A stretch of DNA of 63,754 bases, filler included, from Asterionella formosa (Eukaryota): assembly GCA_002256025.1 (NCBI GenBank). It is 6 parts of 6 records of this genome, joined end to end, with 100 filler letters (N's around TTAATTAATTAA, not from the genome) between each part and the next. Parts side by side here need not be neighbours in the genome. Positions count along the whole stretch, not along the records: positions 28,249 to 56,380 come from NKIB01001297.1; 5 more parts are not named here. The stretch is one strand, 5' to 3'. Below are positions 36,734 through 50,232 of the stretch, in pieces. Under the pieces are notes generated by a model, which did no database searches, had not been told where the DNA came from, and saw only the letters and a program-made list of their open reading frames with translations. Position 1 is the first letter of the stretch, and each line of letters opens with the position of its first letter. A program made the position numbers and the translations under genes.

Positions 36734-38854
36734 CCAGTCAAAAACTGCTTAAGACCACTATGAACTGCTTAGACCACTATAACGGGGTAATCTTACTTTT
36801 TGTACTACAAACTTTTTCAATTTTAGCAATACGACAATATTTACTATGAACAAGTCATTTGTTTCACGCATCTACATTTAGGATGTCTTGACGCCTGATC
36901 GATGTTGTGTTCCAGTTGTTGAGATAAACGACCACGAAAATGTTGAGTGAGGCACATCGGAAGAAAATAAAATTACCTCGTTTAGCTGGGCCGACATTTT
37001 ATCTTCATAATCGATATTGATTAAAGTTTTATACTCCAAATTAATATAGCTTCATTTAACGCTTTTCTTCAGGTGGATAATTACTATGGCGCAATTATGT
37101 GCAACATCCCAATCTAAACATGCACGATAGTTCGCACCATAGAAATCAAGTGATTTTGTACTGTCAACATATGTACCGATATGCATCCTGAAATGCTCTG
37201 GAGACAATCAAAAAATACCACATCTATTTTCATATTTTCGGATCTTTCTACCGGTACTTACCGCTAGTACTATTACAAACCGAAGATGCACCAAACCTCG
37301 AGCAAAGTACAGAGTTATGTAAGACTCTAGATAAGGAAATAGTAAAGCTTGTTCTAAACAACATTGTTAGAGAACTAGAAGCTACAAAGGCTAACAATGT
37401 AGGAGTGTTGCCATATGGTGCTATCACTAGATTAGTAGCAAACAAAGGTGGCAAAATTACGTGGCTAACAAAAGACATGGTGATGTACCATGTGAAGAAA
37501 TACAGATCTAGTAGTAGGGGGTTTAAATTCTACAGTTCTATTGGATTACTCCCCAGCAAATCAAATTGAAACCAGCAGCATACTTACCTTTGCATCCAGA
37601 AACTCCACTACTGCATCCACTTTGACAACAGTAAAACTCAGAGGAAAAAAGCAGTGTGAGAAACAATTGTCTAACAGATAGACCTGATCAGCATGAGAAT
37701 GAACAAACACAACTTTCCGGTGAGAAGGGGGGGGGGGGGGGACAAGTAAGAAAATTGTGCTGCAATTGAGACCACGCAACTTCCTCCAGCACCAGGCGCA
37801 AATGGCTGTCCCAAACACAGCACCATGGCATTTTCAAGAGACTACCAGCAACGCATTAAATGATCAACCAACGAACTACAACACACTTCTTCATGATGAA
37901 ATACAACTGACAGCAGTTTCAGCAACCCAGACAGAATTGAATGCCGCTATCTCGACCATCACACCAGCAGGACTGAATCTAAAGGAAGGTATCACCTGCA
38001 CCCTTCTTGACAAAGTTATTGAATTCAGGCACAAAGAGGATTCAAGGAATGACATCAATCTTGATAAGATGGCTTGCCAACGGAAGGAATCGGCGCTATG
38101 GCCGATCGCGCAAAATAGAAGGTAGACAGCAGGACTTAATGTGGCGGCTGGAAGCACTTGACGATATGACTAGGATGAAAAGAAGAGCAGAGGAGAGGAG
38201 AAGGATTGTGAGAAAGCGAATAAGAAAGTTATGAACTACACAGCAACATTGAACAAGGTGCAAGCGATCAGAGCGCTCAACAAACAGGAACTCGAATGGA
38301 CGGTGGCGCAAACAAAAACAATAGTGTCTTGCTGGTACAAACAAGTTGGCGATGCGCCATTACCTGCAACAAAACATCTAATGCTTACTTACCAGATACA
38401 TTGATACATTGGGACGTGGCGATGAACCAGTCTCAGTTGCCGGAGCTATACCGCCACCAGCAGCCTCGGCTGAAGGGGACAACGAGGATGAAGTCGTGGT
38501 GAAAGAAGAGTGATTTGTGTGTTCCGCTCAAAAAATCGACGTCATTTGACACAAGAAATTGGAGAAAATATGGAAAACGAGGTAATATTTCCTAACCGTT
38601 TACCATTAAAAAATATATTTACATGATGAAAAATATATGAATGGCTTAAGACCACTAAAATGCAAAATGAACGACTTAAAAAGTTCGATATCGCAAGATA
38701 TATCCTTCCAATTGTTAAAATGATTCATTTATCTAGTACTTGCATGCATTAATTGACCTATATTCAAAGGGTTTTAAATGGGGTCGGCTGAACATTTTTC
38801 TAATTTTAGTCCAAAAACGGGGTAATATAGTGGTCTTAAGCAGTTTTTGACTGG
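36734..38854 (+). mobile_element. pogo-like non-autonomous element with perfect 28-bp TIRs and TA target duplication
   Basis: TA|CCAGTCAAAAACTGCTTAAGACCACTAT (36734-61) and its exact reverse complement (38827-54)|TA; remnants of a transposase N-terminus (LPYGAITRLV...WLTKDMVMYHV) and C-terminus (WYKQVGDAPLPATK); no DDE core seen. Confidence 0.9.
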
Positions 38855-38979
38855 TACCCTATACTACCAGGTACTCTACCTAAACTTGAACTGTGGTGAT
38901 AAATGAACATGCAGTATTTTAGTATCAGGAACTCCCTCCATGTGAAGGAAACATACCGGTATGCGATGCTTCCGTCCTT

Positions 38980-39077
38980 CACCTGCAAGTTGCAGTGATT
39001 TTGCTGAAACTAAGGATTTAGCTTTCTTTATCCCATATTGAAATGTTAGTTTCAGCAAAATGACCGCAACTTGCTGA
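38980..39077. mobile_element. About 95-bp MITE, copy 2
   Basis: About 30-bp imperfect TIRs GCAAGTTGCAGTGATTTTGCTGAAACTAA / TTAGTTTCAGCAAAATGACCGCAACTTGC. Confidence 0.85.
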
Positions 39078-39238
39078 TATTGGCAACACATGGTCCCCAT
39101 AGCTAGGACATCATCATACAGGTATAGAAGTGGGAGATCTTTATGGTTCTACCTGATATTTGTTGGCACAAGGCGAAGATGTTTGGAGCAATCACCAGGT
39201 GGAAGTGCTACTTTTGTGGTATTCTATCAAGCTACAGC

Positions 39239-40810
39239 ATGCGACCAAAGGACGTATTGATTCGTGGCTTTGTATGTTTATCAGTGATCTCGATTGTCCT
39301 CAACGCGAATTCTCCTGTCATGTTCGGTAGCTACATGCCATGCAGTACTCCAACAACTTTGTTGGAAAGTCAAGAAATCAAGGCGTCATCAAATAAGACA
39401 ATGGGTGCCTGTGTCTTTGTCATGGACGAGCGAATCAAGCTTTTGGAATTCATTGCGTATCACTGTAAGTACGTACTGTTTTCCTGACGTTTATTCTTAA
39501 GGTGAAAAAATACAATTACGCTATGTACATATGATCCATCAACAACTCGCGTGACAAATTCGCTACTCACTAATTTAGAGATGCTTTGCAATTTCTGCAT
39601 TCTCCATGTTGGCGTCGTGACTTCCGCGCCATTGACCATCGAATACGCAGACACAGTGCTGCCTTTAGGAAACCTATTGATTGGAATCAACCCTAACTCA
39701 AGGAATGTCGAGATAATTGAAGCGATTGTAGACTTATGGAAAGACCGCATGAATATCCAACTCGTCCATTCCGACCAATACATGGTATATGGTCCTACTG
39801 AAGGCTGGATTAATCCAGCTCGGATTCGACGTGGAAAGACTTTTGAGAATGACGTAATTTCTTCCTCATGGTTCCACAACAAAAGTTCCAGACAATACCT
39901 CACCATTTCTTTCTGGAGGGATCAAGCAGCCTTCAATATCTATTGCATTCAACTCATGCTCAATCGATCCGCTGGTTATACAATCGTGCTTGACAGTGAT
40001 GAATACCTTGTGAATAACTACTTTTCGACTCTAGAGAATTCGTCTTTGTATGAATACAGGCGCTTCAAAAAAGGACCTCGTAGCACCAAAGGGATAAATC
40101 GGGCTCGAGCTATTGCCAAACCGATTCGCGAAGCCCTTCCTGTCATGAGAGAACATATTACCATGGTAGAACTTCTTTCAAATTTCACAGGGCCGACTTG
40201 GGCAACTACACCTCACTGTATTCGAGTAGCATCATTACCATTCCTCAGTTTTGAAGGAGGCAGACATCAGAAACCCATTGTCACTCCCTCCTTTGTGAAT
40301 CAAGACCACTTGTCAACACTTCGCCAGACATTTCATGCACATTACGATTTCGGTACTACAAAAGCCATTCTTAACTTGGACCCCCACATGTTTCCTCCCG
40401 AAAATGCAACTGTGAAAGATTTTCCATCCATCCATAATCCATCCATATTTGCGTGCGGTCCAAATCTACCGCATCAGACTGGAACAGATTATATTTCGTC
40501 AACGTGGCGTTTACAACACTATCGCACAGGCACGATTGAAAGTGTGCTCGAGCGAGGCTCTGATTATCGAATGACAAATTTTGATTTAGTTGGCTTTTTC
40601 AAGACTCGTCAAACTGGCCCTGTAGTGGGACAAGACTTTTCCATCATCCTCTGGGTTGAGTGGTTCATTGTAAAGGTTGGCGAAATCGAGTCAAAGCGTC
40701 TCCTGTTTACACCACTTCAAGAGGCATATGAGCTTATGATGAACCATTCGTATAAGAACTTTGAGCAGCAACTCAAGATAAATCCAAGGGTGCAAGAGTG
40801 GAAAGAATGA
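39239..40810 (+). CDS. Type II membrane GT-A glycosyltransferase (GT92/GT2-like, diatom family), two exons
   Basis: N-terminal hydrophobic anchor; intron 39465-39650 (GTAAGT..CAG) restores MGACVFVMDE..KLLEFIAYHYTVLPLG; DSDEY DxD motif; C-terminal LQHY; alternative start at 39143. Confidence 0.8.
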
Positions 40811-41738
40811 TCAGTAAGCACCAGGTACTGAAATAGGGAGGAAATTGTTTTGGGTAAGTCCACAGTCACGATGAAGAGTTTATGAGTACTATTGGACATT
40901 GCATTGAACCATATGGGGTATTTAACAACCTGTCATGGTGCTGGCATATGGTTTATCTACGATTCTCTTGTCAAGTAGTGCACTGCAGGAAGCCCTGATT
41001 CATGAAAAGGAACGACTTCTGAAAAGTCATAAATAATCCGTTTCTTTCCTTTTTGGAAGTGTGGAAAGAAAAAAGGTTTTTTGTTAATGAAATACAGATG
41101 CTGCAATAGTAAAACTGCTACATCTTGTCCCGAAACAACCTGCACACACAAAATGATACTTTGAGTCTGGAGGCTGCGACTCTAGGGAAGAAACAGCAAG
41201 TATCAGTGAAGAAATCATGGCAAGCATATGTAGTGGAAAGCATAGAGAATGATAACATTTTCTTTCTCCAATGCAAACAAATTGACTGATGTATTTTTGG
41301 GCTATGAGTACAACAATTAAAGTTTTATCTTATGTACCAGGTACCACACTTGCAATAATTTTTTTTTTAAAATTTCGAAGCGCGCCCATCACTGGTGCCC
41401 TTTTTCGTTCCACGAGGAAGCATCTCCCGCCCTCGATTATCGTCCTCTTTTTGCCTCCGCCCAGCAGCCGTCGTCGTCCCCGAAACGATAAATGATGCGT
41501 ATTTATTTTATTAGCTAACTACCGTTTAAGCATGACAAGGTCAACCTGGTACCTGGTGCCTGGTACTGTAATCTAGTTGTAATCTACGTGCAGTATTTAC
41601 TATAGATGAAACTTGTAAATTTGATTCCACCTGAGGATACGGAATGAACGCAAAAAATTCTGATTATAAATTTTAGCCTATCAGCCAGATTGCTCTGCTA
41701 TACTTGATCAAAGCAAACTCAAACTTCCGTATTAGATA

Positions 41739-44700
41739 ATGCCTCCTTTTCCAAATGAAGGAGACAACGAAGAAGAAGAAGAAGAAGACGACGACGACGA
41801 CGACGAAGAAGAAGACGAAGACTACGACGAAGGAGAGGACGAAGAAGAAGACGACGAACTCGTAGGGTCGCAAGAGGAAGAAGGCGACGACAACGACGAA
41901 GCTTCCGATCTCAGTGAATTTTCTCAAGACGATGACCTCTTGTACACGCTAGATCACTACGACGAAGCAGCATTGCCAGAGTACGCATGTCGTTATTGTG
42001 GCATCCACGACCCCTCGTGCGTTGCCATGTGCGTAGAAACACAGAAATGGTTCTGCAACGCCAATTCACATTTGGTCCATCACTTGGTCCGCAGCCGCAA
42101 CTACCAAGTGCAGCTCCACCCAGAATCGCCTCTAGGAGAAACAGTCTTGGAATGTTACAACTGCGCCTCCAAAAATGCATTCGTCATGGGCTTTGTGCCT
42201 GCCAGTAGTTCGAGCGTCGTGGTGCTGCTGTGTCGGGTGTGTGTAGAAACAGTGCCTGGCCTCAAGGACATGGAGTGGGAACTGTCGCAATGGCATCCAC
42301 TCATTCAAGATAGGAAATTCCTGCCATGGCTTATTAAGGTGCCATCGGACAAGCTTTTGCTCAAAGCGAGGGAGATTACTCCCATGCAAATGAACAAATT
42401 GGAGGAAATGTGGAAGTTGGACCAGGCTGCGATTTATTCTCACCTTGACAGACCTGAATTAGCTGAAGAAGAAATGACTCCCACGCTGCTCCAGTACGAA
42501 GATGGATATCACTATCAAAATGTGCTGGCGCCGTTGGTCAAAATGGAAGCGGACTATGATAAGCAAATGAAAGAATCTCTCACGGAGGGGAGCATCCGGG
42601 TCAATTGGGACAAGTCACTGCAGGGAAAGTTCATTGCTTCATTTCATTTTGGAGGGAGATCGGCGGAACAGACACGGATTATGGTAGGCGATGAGTTGAG
42701 ATTAAAATTAGGGGATGGGGCTCAATTCTTGCACGGAAAGAACTGGGAAGGTGTGGGTTACGTCAAGGATATTATTGATGGGGAGGTGGAATTGGAGCTC
42801 AGGTCGGGAGTAAGTGTGCCATTGGACGTCACAGACGACTACGTGGTGGAATACATTTGGAAGGCTACATCCCATGATCGGATGCAGAACGCCTTGAAAA
42901 CCTTTGCGATTGATGACACAAGTGTTACGGGGTTCATTTATCATAAACTACTGGGCCACGATGTAGAAGAACAGAGAATTTTAACTGCCAAGGTGCCAAC
43001 TGATTTTACAGTACCCGGGTTGCCTCCTTTGAATGAATCGCAGAAAGCAGCGGTTGCTGCTGTTTTGCAACGTCCAATGTCCTTAATTCAAGGGCCCCCT
43101 GGTACAGGGAAAACAGTCACCTCAGCCACGTTGGTGTATTTTTTGACCAAGCAAGGTATGGGACAAGTGCTGGTAACAGCGCCATCGAACGTGGCTGTAG
43201 ACCAATTGACAGAAAAGATTGCCGCAACTGGACTTCGGGTCGTGCGTCTCGCGAGCAAAACCAGAGAAGCTACCCTCTGTTCGGTGGATCATCTATGTTT
43301 GCACGTAATGACGCCATTAGCAGCAGGAGATGAATTTAGCAAGTTGCAACGACTAAAGGACGAGATTGGCGAACTAAGTGAACGAGATCAAAAGAAGTAT
43401 AGGGGATTGAGGAATCGTACGGAACGAGAGATTTTGCAAGCTGCAGATGTCATTTGTTGCACGTGCGTGGGAGCAGGCGACCCCCGGTTGAAAAACTTTC
43501 GATTCCGTCAAGTGTTAATCGACGAAGCGACGCAAGCCATTGAGCCGGAAGCACTTATTCCTATTACCACAGGTGCTAAACAAGTGATTATGGTTGGCGA
43601 TCATTGCCAATTGGGACCAGTTGTCATGTGTAAGGGTGCAGCCAAGGCTGGATTGACGCGTTCCTTGTTTGAACGATTGGTCCTGGCTGGCGTCCGTCCT
43701 ATCCGCCTGCAAGTTCAGTATCGTATGCATCCTGCGTTGTCTGAATTTCCTTCCAATATGTTCTATGAAGGCTCTTTACAAAATGGTGTGACGGAATCAG
43801 ATCGTCAGTTGTTGACTCTTCCCTCATTTATTGGGAAGGAAGACTTTCCTTGGCCTGATCCCAGGAAGCCAATGTTCTTTTATTCCATTACCGGAATGGA
43901 GGAAATCTCTTCTTCGGGAACATCCTATCTTAATCGTACAGAAGCCTCCTATGTCGAAAAGATTGTCACCCACTTTTTACGTATGGGTGTTACACCGTCT
44001 CAAATTGGAGTCATTACACCTTACGATGGCCAAAAGAAGTATGTTCAAGAGTATATGCGTCGATCCGGTGCCCTTGCCAGTGCTTTGTATGAGGCGATTG
44101 AAGTTGCTTCCGTCGATGCGTTTCAGGGCCGTGAGAAGGACTTTATCATAGTTTCATGTGTCCGTTCCAGTGAAACACAGGGTATTGGGTTCTTGTCAGA
44201 TCCACGTCGTCTAAATGTTGCGTTGACGCGAGCTCGCCTTGGTCTCATTTTGCTGGGCAACCCCCGCGTTTTAAGCAAGAATGCCTTGTGGGCTGCCTTA
44301 TTGCTTCATTTCAAGGAAATTGACACGCTGGTCGAAGGACCTCTCAACAATTTGCAACCCACGTACATGGCTTTTGCAAGGCCTCGAAGGAATCCAGTCG
44401 GAGATTCTCGTTACGCCTTCACTGCCTTGGCTCGAGGTGCATGGGATGGACGATGGGATGATCGAGAGCGACATGGTGATCGTGAGGCCAAAGTTGCACC
44501 TGGATTCCGTTCACGTCACAAAGATGCACACTCAGATAGTCGGTTTGATCCTCGATACAGCAAAAGCTCTGGTTACGACAATAGTGAGGCTCGTGGTGGG
44601 GGCTTGCCTATCCCCAAGTTCGCTCCCTTGCCCAGCTATGGTGCTGATGACGTAAGCAGTGTTGGAGGGGACTCGCAGTATTCTCAGTCTCAATTCAGTC

Positions 44701-44828
44701 GTGCCAGTATTCACACTCAGCGAATGCAAGAACAGCTTCGTGCGGGACCTTCGCTGGGTTTCTTTGTTGGTGGACCCGCTGGGGATTATTATACTTCGCC
44801 TGATGAGCGTAATTCAGGGGGGCATTGA
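41739..44828 (+). CDS. UPF1: Regulator of nonsense transcripts 1, SF1 RNA helicase
   Basis: CH zinc domain ([23 protein letters not shown]), [56 protein letters not shown]; intronless 1029 aa. Confidence 0.98.
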   Translation: MPPFPNEGDNEEEEEEDDDDDDEEEDEDYDEGEDEEEDDELVGSQEEEGDDNDEASDLSEFSQDDDLLYTLDHYDEAALPEYACRYCGIHDPSCVAMCVETQKWFCNANSHLVHHLVRSRNYQVQLHPESPLGETVLECYNCASKNAFVMGFVPASSSSVVVLLCRVCVETVPGLKDMEWELSQWHPLIQDRKFLPWLIKVPSDKLLLKAREITPMQMNKLEEMWKLDQAAIYSHLDRPELAEEEMTPTLLQYEDGYHYQNVLAPLVKMEADYDKQMKESLTEGSIRVNWDKSLQGKFIASFHFGGRSAEQTRIMVGDELRLKLGDGAQFLHGKNWEGVGYVKDIIDGEVELELRSGVSVPLDVTDDYVVEYIWKATSHDRMQNALKTFAIDDTSVTGFIYHKLLGHDVEEQRILTAKVPTDFTVPGLPPLNESQKAAVAAVLQRPMSLIQGPPGTGKTVTSATLVYFLTKQGMGQVLVTAPSNVAVDQLTEKIAATGLRVVRLASKTREATLCSVDHLCLHVMTPLAAGDEFSKLQRLKDEIGELSERDQKKYRGLRNRTEREILQAADVICCTCVGAGDPRLKNFRFRQVLIDEATQAIEPEALIPITTGAKQVIMVGDHCQLGPVVMCKGAAKAGLTRSLFERLVLAGVRPIRLQVQYRMHPALSEFPSNMFYEGSLQNGVTESDRQLLTLPSFIGKEDFPWPDPRKPMFFYSITGMEEISSSGTSYLNRTEASYVEKIVTHFLRMGVTPSQIGVITPYDGQKKYVQEYMRRSGALASALYEAIEVASVDAFQGREKDFIIVSCVRSSETQGIGFLSDPRRLNVALTRARLGLILLGNPRVLSKNALWAALLLHFKEIDTLVEGPLNNLQPTYMAFARPRRNPVGDSRYAFTALARGAWDGRWDDRERHGDREAKVAPGFRSRHKDAHSDSRFDPRYSKSSGYDNSEARGGGLPIPKFAPLPSYGADDVSSVGGDSQYSQSQFSRASIHTQRMQEQLRAGPSLGFFVGGPAGDYYTSPDERNSGGH

Positions 44829-46135
44829 GGAGGTGATGTTGATGAAAAGAAATGGACCATCTATGCACAAGGCCTGGTTGCTATAAACTTGAAGGATTGC
44901 AATGTAGGAGCCTGTTCCGACACAGAATTACATCATAGTGCGGTGTCATCTGCTGGCAAGCAATCAAACAATTCTTTTGAGACTACAACTTGATGAAAGT
45001 GCTGAATCTGCATGAAACATTGTTGCTATTTTCATATCAAGTTCAAACGAGGACCATTTCCCTCTCGATTCGACCAAAATAAAGTTTACAACGTCAAAAA
45101 TGAAAGAGATTTACTTCCCTATGCTCATAATTTTTATCATGAAGTTTAGTGGAATGAATGTCTGCCATTGAGTTTTTTGTGTAGCGATGATATTGTCCTC
45201 TTCCCTCTTTGAATCATGCGTGTCCTCTCGAAGCCAGTACAAGCTAATAGTAGCTAGTTTACAGTTTTGTTGGAAATAAGTTGGACGCTCCTTTCTCCCA
45301 CTCCCCTCAGTGAGTACTAGTAGTACTGGTCGTCTATTTTTTGATTTGTTTGTCATGTCAAGTGATTGGCAAATGTCGACTTTCTTGTCTGTTTTCATAA
45401 TGGCGAAACAAGAATCCAAGCTAGACTGCAAGTCTGGATGCTTGTCCCTAGATGCCATTGACTAGAATACTAACACTGAATATTCAATCTATCAAGGAGC
45501 AGTCAAGAATAAACAATCTATGCATGATCAAGTGTTGATTGAAAGGACCAAGTCTGAAATATCGACAAACCAGAACACTACTAGTACTGATATGATGTCT
45601 AGAGTGCTGTGTGATGCAAGTGTATTTAGAAAGTGGATGTAATTTGGTAGTACCCTATCAAGTTATATATACAAATGAACCTTGCCTCCCATGAAAAAGA
45701 CCACATCTACTACTATAAAACATCATGTATGAGTTTATATGTTTCAGATCGACCTACATGCATGCAAATTTACATAGCACAGCAATGACGACAAACGGAA
45801 ACTAGTACAATCACAGCAATCCTGCTTGCTCTGGTAAGCAACCTCTCTTACCATAGAGAATGATGTATATTTGCAGCTACACAATCCAATAAAGCAAGGT
45901 TGATTGAATTAAGATGCAAAGTGATTCTTTGAATTATTTAAGTAGTGAGGATTGAACTCCATGAGCTTTCGTCTGATATGATTTTTAATTGATTCCTAAA
46001 AGAAGCAAGGGGGGGGGCTTCGTGATACAAGTGCATATAATAGCTAAGCTCTCATCTTACCAGATAGTGGTAGTATAGTATGGATAAATTGAATAAATGC
46101 TAAAATGTTGAACAAGGAAAGTCTGATTTTGAAAT

Positions 46136-47060
46136 TTGATTCAAATAGAAATGAGAGAGTTTTTCCGTACTCTGGAAGCCCATTTTATTTCCAATGTCGA
46201 TGGGACTGGCGTGATGGCAAACCTTGGGTCAATAAAGGTGATTGGAGACTTTTTGAAACGAAAACAAGAAAAGAATCTAGATGATTCTTGGGACTCAATT
46301 TCAATTGTTAGAATCAGAAATGCAGCAGATTCTAGTGGTCCATGGATCTTTCTTACATCTGGGAAGAAAATGACAGTTAAACCTCCTCAAAGTAATTCTT
46401 GAGGCAAATTTTGGATCACCCAGTGGATCCAAAGTTATAGTGTCCCCATCAGCTTACATGACTGATGAGACCTGGATGACAGTTATTCCCCACCTTGCAA
46501 AAGGCATTTGGAACATGCCAATCATTTGTGAGCACCCCGACTAGTAGGTAGTTCTCACTCTTGATGGCTTTGGTAGTCATGTTAATGTCACAGAAGCACA
46601 AAAAGTCTTTCATGAACATAAAAATCTTAATCATCAAGGAGAAAGGTGACGCAAGTGCAGTCAATCAACCTTATGACCAATCTTTTATAAGGCAGACAAG
46701 GCAAACATATGTGACTTGTTTGACCAAATCCGATTAAAGCTTGGAATTATACCCCATGCCTGGATCTCTTCCTTCAAAAGGGTCGATCTTCACCCAAACT
46801 ACAGGGTAGATTTGTTGAGTGGCTTAAGGGAATTGATGGATCTCTTCAATGTGGTGAACGATTGTTCTTTGTAAAAGAACATGGATAGTGCGCAAAACAC
46901 AAGAAGGAACTTTTTTGATGCTATGCCTGTACTTTGGAAGAATCTCAGCTGTGATGATTGACATATCCTCATAAACACAATTGATCAATTTCCAGCCAAG
47001 GTTGACCCTGAATCTCTAACATGGAACAAGGCAAATGTGCATTCTCTTCTTAATTTTGGA
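46136..47060 (+). pseudogene. pogo-type DDE_1 transposase relic
   Basis: SNVDGTGVMAN, DSISIVR...A..SGPWIFL, SAYMTDETW, VLTLDGFGSH, KEKGDASAVNQPYDQ across frames with stops; element ends not defined. Confidence 0.8.
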
Positions 47061-47846
47061 TCACTGGAAAATGTGCCCAAAATGAGTGCTTCCTATATGG
47101 CATCAAAACATGATCCCAGTGTCTTTATTGCTGAGCGACCAAAAACAAACAGGCAAACCTGGAGAACCAACACCAGAAACAGAATGACAGCAAGCTGCAA
47201 CCAACCTAACCTGTTTAGATTCATTTGAATGGGCTTCTTGGAAACCCGAAAAGATGGTGAAAAAGTAGCTACATTAAAGACCAAAACTGCTATGTACTGC
47301 AGAAAGTCTGGTTCAATCACATGACAAATTGTCAGCTGACAACTCTGGAATAAACTAGATAAGATTCTGGAGCCATCAGCATTCCATGATTTATCTATAA
47401 GTAGTAAGGACCAACTTCACTGCTACAACCTACAATGATTGATGTATAACATGGTTCTGTAATTTGTGATGCAATTGGATTTCCGAAAATGGACGTTTTT
47501 GCGAAAAGACCATAACTTCTTTAAAATGGAAAAAGGTTTAGATAGTATGAAGGGCACTTTGAATTTCCGTTTTGAAGAAAAGAATGGAGGGCACACCATT
47601 TTTTGCCCAAAGTGAGTGTCGAACAGGTCAGGGCAACTCAAGTCGTAACAAAATACATACCACTGGTATCGGTACAGGTAGGTAGAAGTGTATTTACCGG
47701 TATATGTGGGTGTGGTCCGCCCGGAGAAGAGTACTAATGTTGACGTGTTGTACCACCTGGTACCTGGTACCTGCTGACCAGAATGTGTCAGTTGGACCTC
47801 AGCCTTAGAATTAAAAAGACTGGTATCCACATTCATCAAAGACCTA

Positions 47847-47942
47847 CCAGCAAGTTGCGGTCATTTTGCTCAAACTAACATTTTAATCTGGGATAAAGAT
47901 AGCTAATTCTTTAGTTTTAGAAAGTACCGCAACTTGCAGGTG
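47847..47942. mobile_element. About 95-bp MITE, copy 3 (inverted relative to copy 2)
   Basis: TA|CCAGCAAGTTGCGGTCATTTTGCT...ACCGCAACTTGCAGG|TG. Confidence 0.85.
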
Positions 47943-48545
47943 AGCAACTCCTCCGGGTACCTGGTACGATCAGCCAGAAATCGCAGATCACGACCACCAC
48001 GACCAGGAGCCGTTTGATCATAAAGCAAAGGCAGCAACCAAGCAACATCAATCGACTAGGGAGCATATCTTATGTATGAAAGGAGCACATAAATGTCAGC
48101 TGGCATAGCCACATCGTATGCCTAGCCTACCCGGTAGACTGACGACTTGGTCGTCTATGTATTTGTGTATGAATATTGTATGAGGCAGAGTACGAGTACT
48201 AGGTGTGCCAAAACATGTTTCATGTTGTACCTGGTACCAAGTACAGTACCAATCATTATATGATCCATGACATGCGGGTATGTAAAATGACATATATGAA
48301 TAGATATTTTTTGGTATTATTTAATCACTTTACTATACAAAAGAGACGTAAAATAGATCTTCCATCAGACAAGCATAAAAATAAGCTTACATCATAATAG
48401 CACTACCGGTAAGGTAACACGCACCCGTATTGCTGTTACCGGTAACCGATTACTGCACCTGGTATTACTCATTCATCCTTCTTTGGCTCGTTGTAATCCT
48501 GCGTTGTCCTCATTGTCACTATCACTACTACCTATCATCTACAGC

Positions 48546-50102
48546 ATGTCGGATAAGGATGCTAGTGCTGATATCGTTCTCCCCAATGGAGCTGGTCGAT
48601 TACCAGAATGGTGGTTGATATTGACCCCTCATGATAAGACGGTCCATGATTGGATAACTTCAACCACAACAAAGAATGTAAGAGCTGCCTCTGACATTGC
48701 CCTTGATCCTAAAGCAACGGATAATTCTAATGCTTCTAATGATGATGACGATGATAATGAGGATGAGGATGAGGATGAATTGATGACTAATAATGATAGT
48801 GATAATACTGATAATCAGAATTCAAACAATTCGGAAATTGCCATCATGGCTGGCGTTGTTGCTGCCATGGGGAAGAATATGGCGATAATGGAGGAAGAGG
48901 ATTCATTCGCAGAAGAAACATCAAAAGATTATGGAGAAATGTTGGACGGCAATAATGACATGACGGAAAATAACAAGGAATCTATCAGAACGTCAGAACC
49001 AAAAGATGCAAAGGACGATACAAAAGCAACAATGGATGATGCAGTAGTATTTGTACAAGACAACAAAGAAAGTCAAAGATTGGTAGTGGATGAAACATCG
49101 TTCGAGGAACAATTGCATGTAGTGAATGAAAAAGGCACTGGCGGAGGTGGCGATGAGAATGTGACTAACCCTGAAATTCAAGGAATAATGTTGGGAGGAC
49201 CACTAAACATTGAACCAGTCGTTCTCATGGAGGAAGAAGGACTCGCACAATTGAAGAAACAGGATTTGAAAAAAGGTGTCATGCCTGCAATGGAAGAACG
49301 ATCGACGGAACCACCATCAGCAGTTGAGGAAATGACTGGTGGAGAAATTGAAGATAACGGACGCGTTGCTATCACTGTAAATGTTACGAAGAACGATGCA
49401 TTTAAAAGCGACGACGAGGACGCAGCTGCTGCAGATTCATATGGTCAAGATAATTTACGACATGTTGATATTGGAGAGAGGCCATCACCATCGTGGGACC
49501 ATTCCGCTGTAGCTGGTCAACACTTGCTCAAAAAGTCTGGACATGATCAAGACAAAGATACAACAACACCCAATGCCGACGGAGGCACTGGACTTGAGAG
49601 TACTACTACGGATATTGGTCATGACCACATCACCACCACCAACAACAACGTGTCAAGTCCATCGTCTGGGGATGCCGGTGCAGAGGCCAGAAAGGCGGAC
49701 AGTGGCAGAGTCGTGGAAACTGCACCAGAACGTCAACCGCGAGTCTTCACGACTGCATTTACAGGTGTATCACATTTTGACTTTGCGATGCAGCAACGAG
49801 CTCAGGAAAAGGAACGGAGAGAAAGGGAGCGTTTGGACAAGGAAGGACTGGCTCGTCATCATGCTCAAGTTGTTCTTGTTGACACGGCGGCGGAACTACG
49901 AAAGAAACAACAAGAAGAATCGCGCCTAAAGAAGGAGGCAGAAGCGAATTTGAAGAAATTTAAGAATGATCATGGTCCGAGTCAGTTTGATACAGCGGGC
50001 AACTTGAAGAAGCTAGATCAAGAGCAGAAGAAGGCAAAGAAGGAGGCGGAGGAACACAATCATGGATTTACGGCGAAGAAGTCATTCGTCATTCGAAAGT
50101 AG
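48546..50102 (+). CDS. Unknown acidic, disordered protein with C-terminal coiled coil
   Basis: Open frame of about 518 aa from the first ATG; short PEWWLILTP motif; E/K/R-rich C-terminus. Confidence 0.75.
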   Translation: MSDKDASADIVLPNGAGRLPEWWLILTPHDKTVHDWITSTTTKNVRAASDIALDPKATDNSNASNDDDDDNEDEDEDELMTNNDSDNTDNQNSNNSEIAIMAGVVAAMGKNMAIMEEEDSFAEETSKDYGEMLDGNNDMTENNKESIRTSEPKDAKDDTKATMDDAVVFVQDNKESQRLVVDETSFEEQLHVVNEKGTGGGGDENVTNPEIQGIMLGGPLNIEPVVLMEEEGLAQLKKQDLKKGVMPAMEERSTEPPSAVEEMTGGEIEDNGRVAITVNVTKNDAFKSDDEDAAAADSYGQDNLRHVDIGERPSPSWDHSAVAGQHLLKKSGHDQDKDTTTPNADGGTGLESTTTDIGHDHITTTNNNVSSPSSGDAGAEARKADSGRVVETAPERQPRVFTTAFTGVSHFDFAMQQRAQEKERRERERLDKEGLARHHAQVVLVDTAAELRKKQQEESRLKKEAEANLKKFKNDHGPSQFDTAGNLKKLDQEQKKAKKEAEEHNHGFTAKKSFVIRK

Positions 50103-50232
50103 TTTTTATTTTGTGAGTGAAGAAGCTAGATCAAGAGCAGAAGAAGGCAAAGAAGGAGTCGGAGGAACACAATCATGGATTTACGGCGAAGAAGTCATTC
50201 GTCATTCGAAAGTAGTTTTTATTTTGTGAGTG
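50005..50232 (+). repeat. 113-bp tandem duplication spanning the stop codon
   Basis: 50005-50117 is repeated at 50118-50230 with one mismatch. Confidence 0.95.
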
